Shown in pieces: positions 63,608 through 64,000 of a stretch of DNA of 64,000 nucleotides; position 1 is the first letter of the stretch, and every line of letters begins with the position of its first letter. A program made the translations under genes and the position numbers. Source of the DNA: Methanomassiliicoccaceae archaeon (GTDB lineage Archaea > Thermoplasmatota > Thermoplasmata > Methanomassiliicoccales > UBA472); contig CAWBKY010000004.1 in NCBI GenBank assembly GCA_963789555.1, forward strand, positions 7,182-71,181. Reading direction: 5' to 3'. The notes beneath the pieces are model-generated. The model had not been told where the DNA came from, did no database searches, and saw only the letters and a list, made by a program, of their open reading frames with translations.

Positions 63608-63697
63608 GCCGAGGTAGCTAAGTCCGGATTACGGCGCCAGCCTTGAGAGCTGGTGGTACCCAGTACCACGGGAGTTCGAATCTCCCCCTCGGCGCCA
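63608..63697 (+). tRNA. tRNA-Ser(TGA), CCA encoded
   Basis: GCCGAGG...CCAGC-CTTGAGA-GCTGG, long variable arm, GTTCGAATC...CCTCGGCGCCA. Confidence 0.95.
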
Positions 63698-63710
63698 CAT
63701 CTTCATACGC

Positions 63711-64000
63711 TCATTTTTCCATGATGAAGGCCAGCATCGAGGGGACCAGGGCCTGCAGGTCGGATGGGACATCGTGCTCCATCGCAGGTATCTCGACCTT
63801 CCTGTGCCTCACCCCCTCGATCTCGAACAGCTCGTTCAAGGCCTTGGAGTGCTCCCGGCAGTCCTGGTCCTGGTCGCCCCATATGATGTTGCATCGCACA
63901 TCCCTCGAACGCAACCCTCTGATCTTGGAGGAGATCTCGTCCAGGTCGGGGAGCCAGGGGGCGATGAGGATCAGCCCTTGCACATCGCTTTCCGCATCGA
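63711..64000 (-). CDS. Alpha/beta hydrolase-like protein (3' end only)
   Basis: 'GLILIAPW', 'WGDQD' and 'MEHDVP'. Extends beyond the window. Confidence 0.65.
   Translation of the reverse strand, partial: DAESDVQGLILIAPWLPDLDEISSKIRGLRSRDVRCNIIWGDQDQDCREHSKALNELFEIEGVRHRKVEIPAMEHDVPSDLQALVPSMLAFIMEK

Noticed and set aside
1-64000. CRISPR array, rRNA genes, IS transposase, intein
   Set aside because: I saw no regularly spaced repeat array, rRNA motif, transposase signature or intein boundary.

Overview
Chromosomal segment of a GC-rich archaeon, most likely a Thermoplasmata-lineage methanogen (Methanomassiliicoccales-like). This is inferred from archaeal ribosomal genes (rps19e, rpl39e, rpl31e, aIF6), archaeal-type leuS and pheT, a 7S SRP RNA, a methanogenesis marker 2 gene and a DUF6015-like gene. 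Many genes, including essential leuS, are broken by 1-bp indels (worst at about 21-26 kb), so most frameshifts are probably long-read assembly errors. The window holds three tRNAs (Leu-TAG, Ile-GAT, Ser-TGA), an Opp/Dpp ABC operon, class III RNR, hisD, hmgA, and three accessory patches: beside tRNA-Leu, an arylsulfatase with an integrase remnant, and a decayed element at tRNA-Ile. Best candidates for undescribed systems: (1) a lipA-E1a-E1b-E2 2-oxoacid dehydrogenase cluster with no E3 gene, facing an operon of rubredoxin-FTR fusion, thioredoxin and split lipoate ligase; (2) a GTPase-domain-only FtsZ homologue without T7 loop or C-terminal domain, behind a double ribbon-helix-helix gene with a perfect palindromic operator; (3) a tandem pair of paralogous wHTH/coiled-coil/2TM proteins upstream of an ABC exporter; (4) in-frame amber codons that may be read through. 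All family assignments are by motif recognition, not database search.
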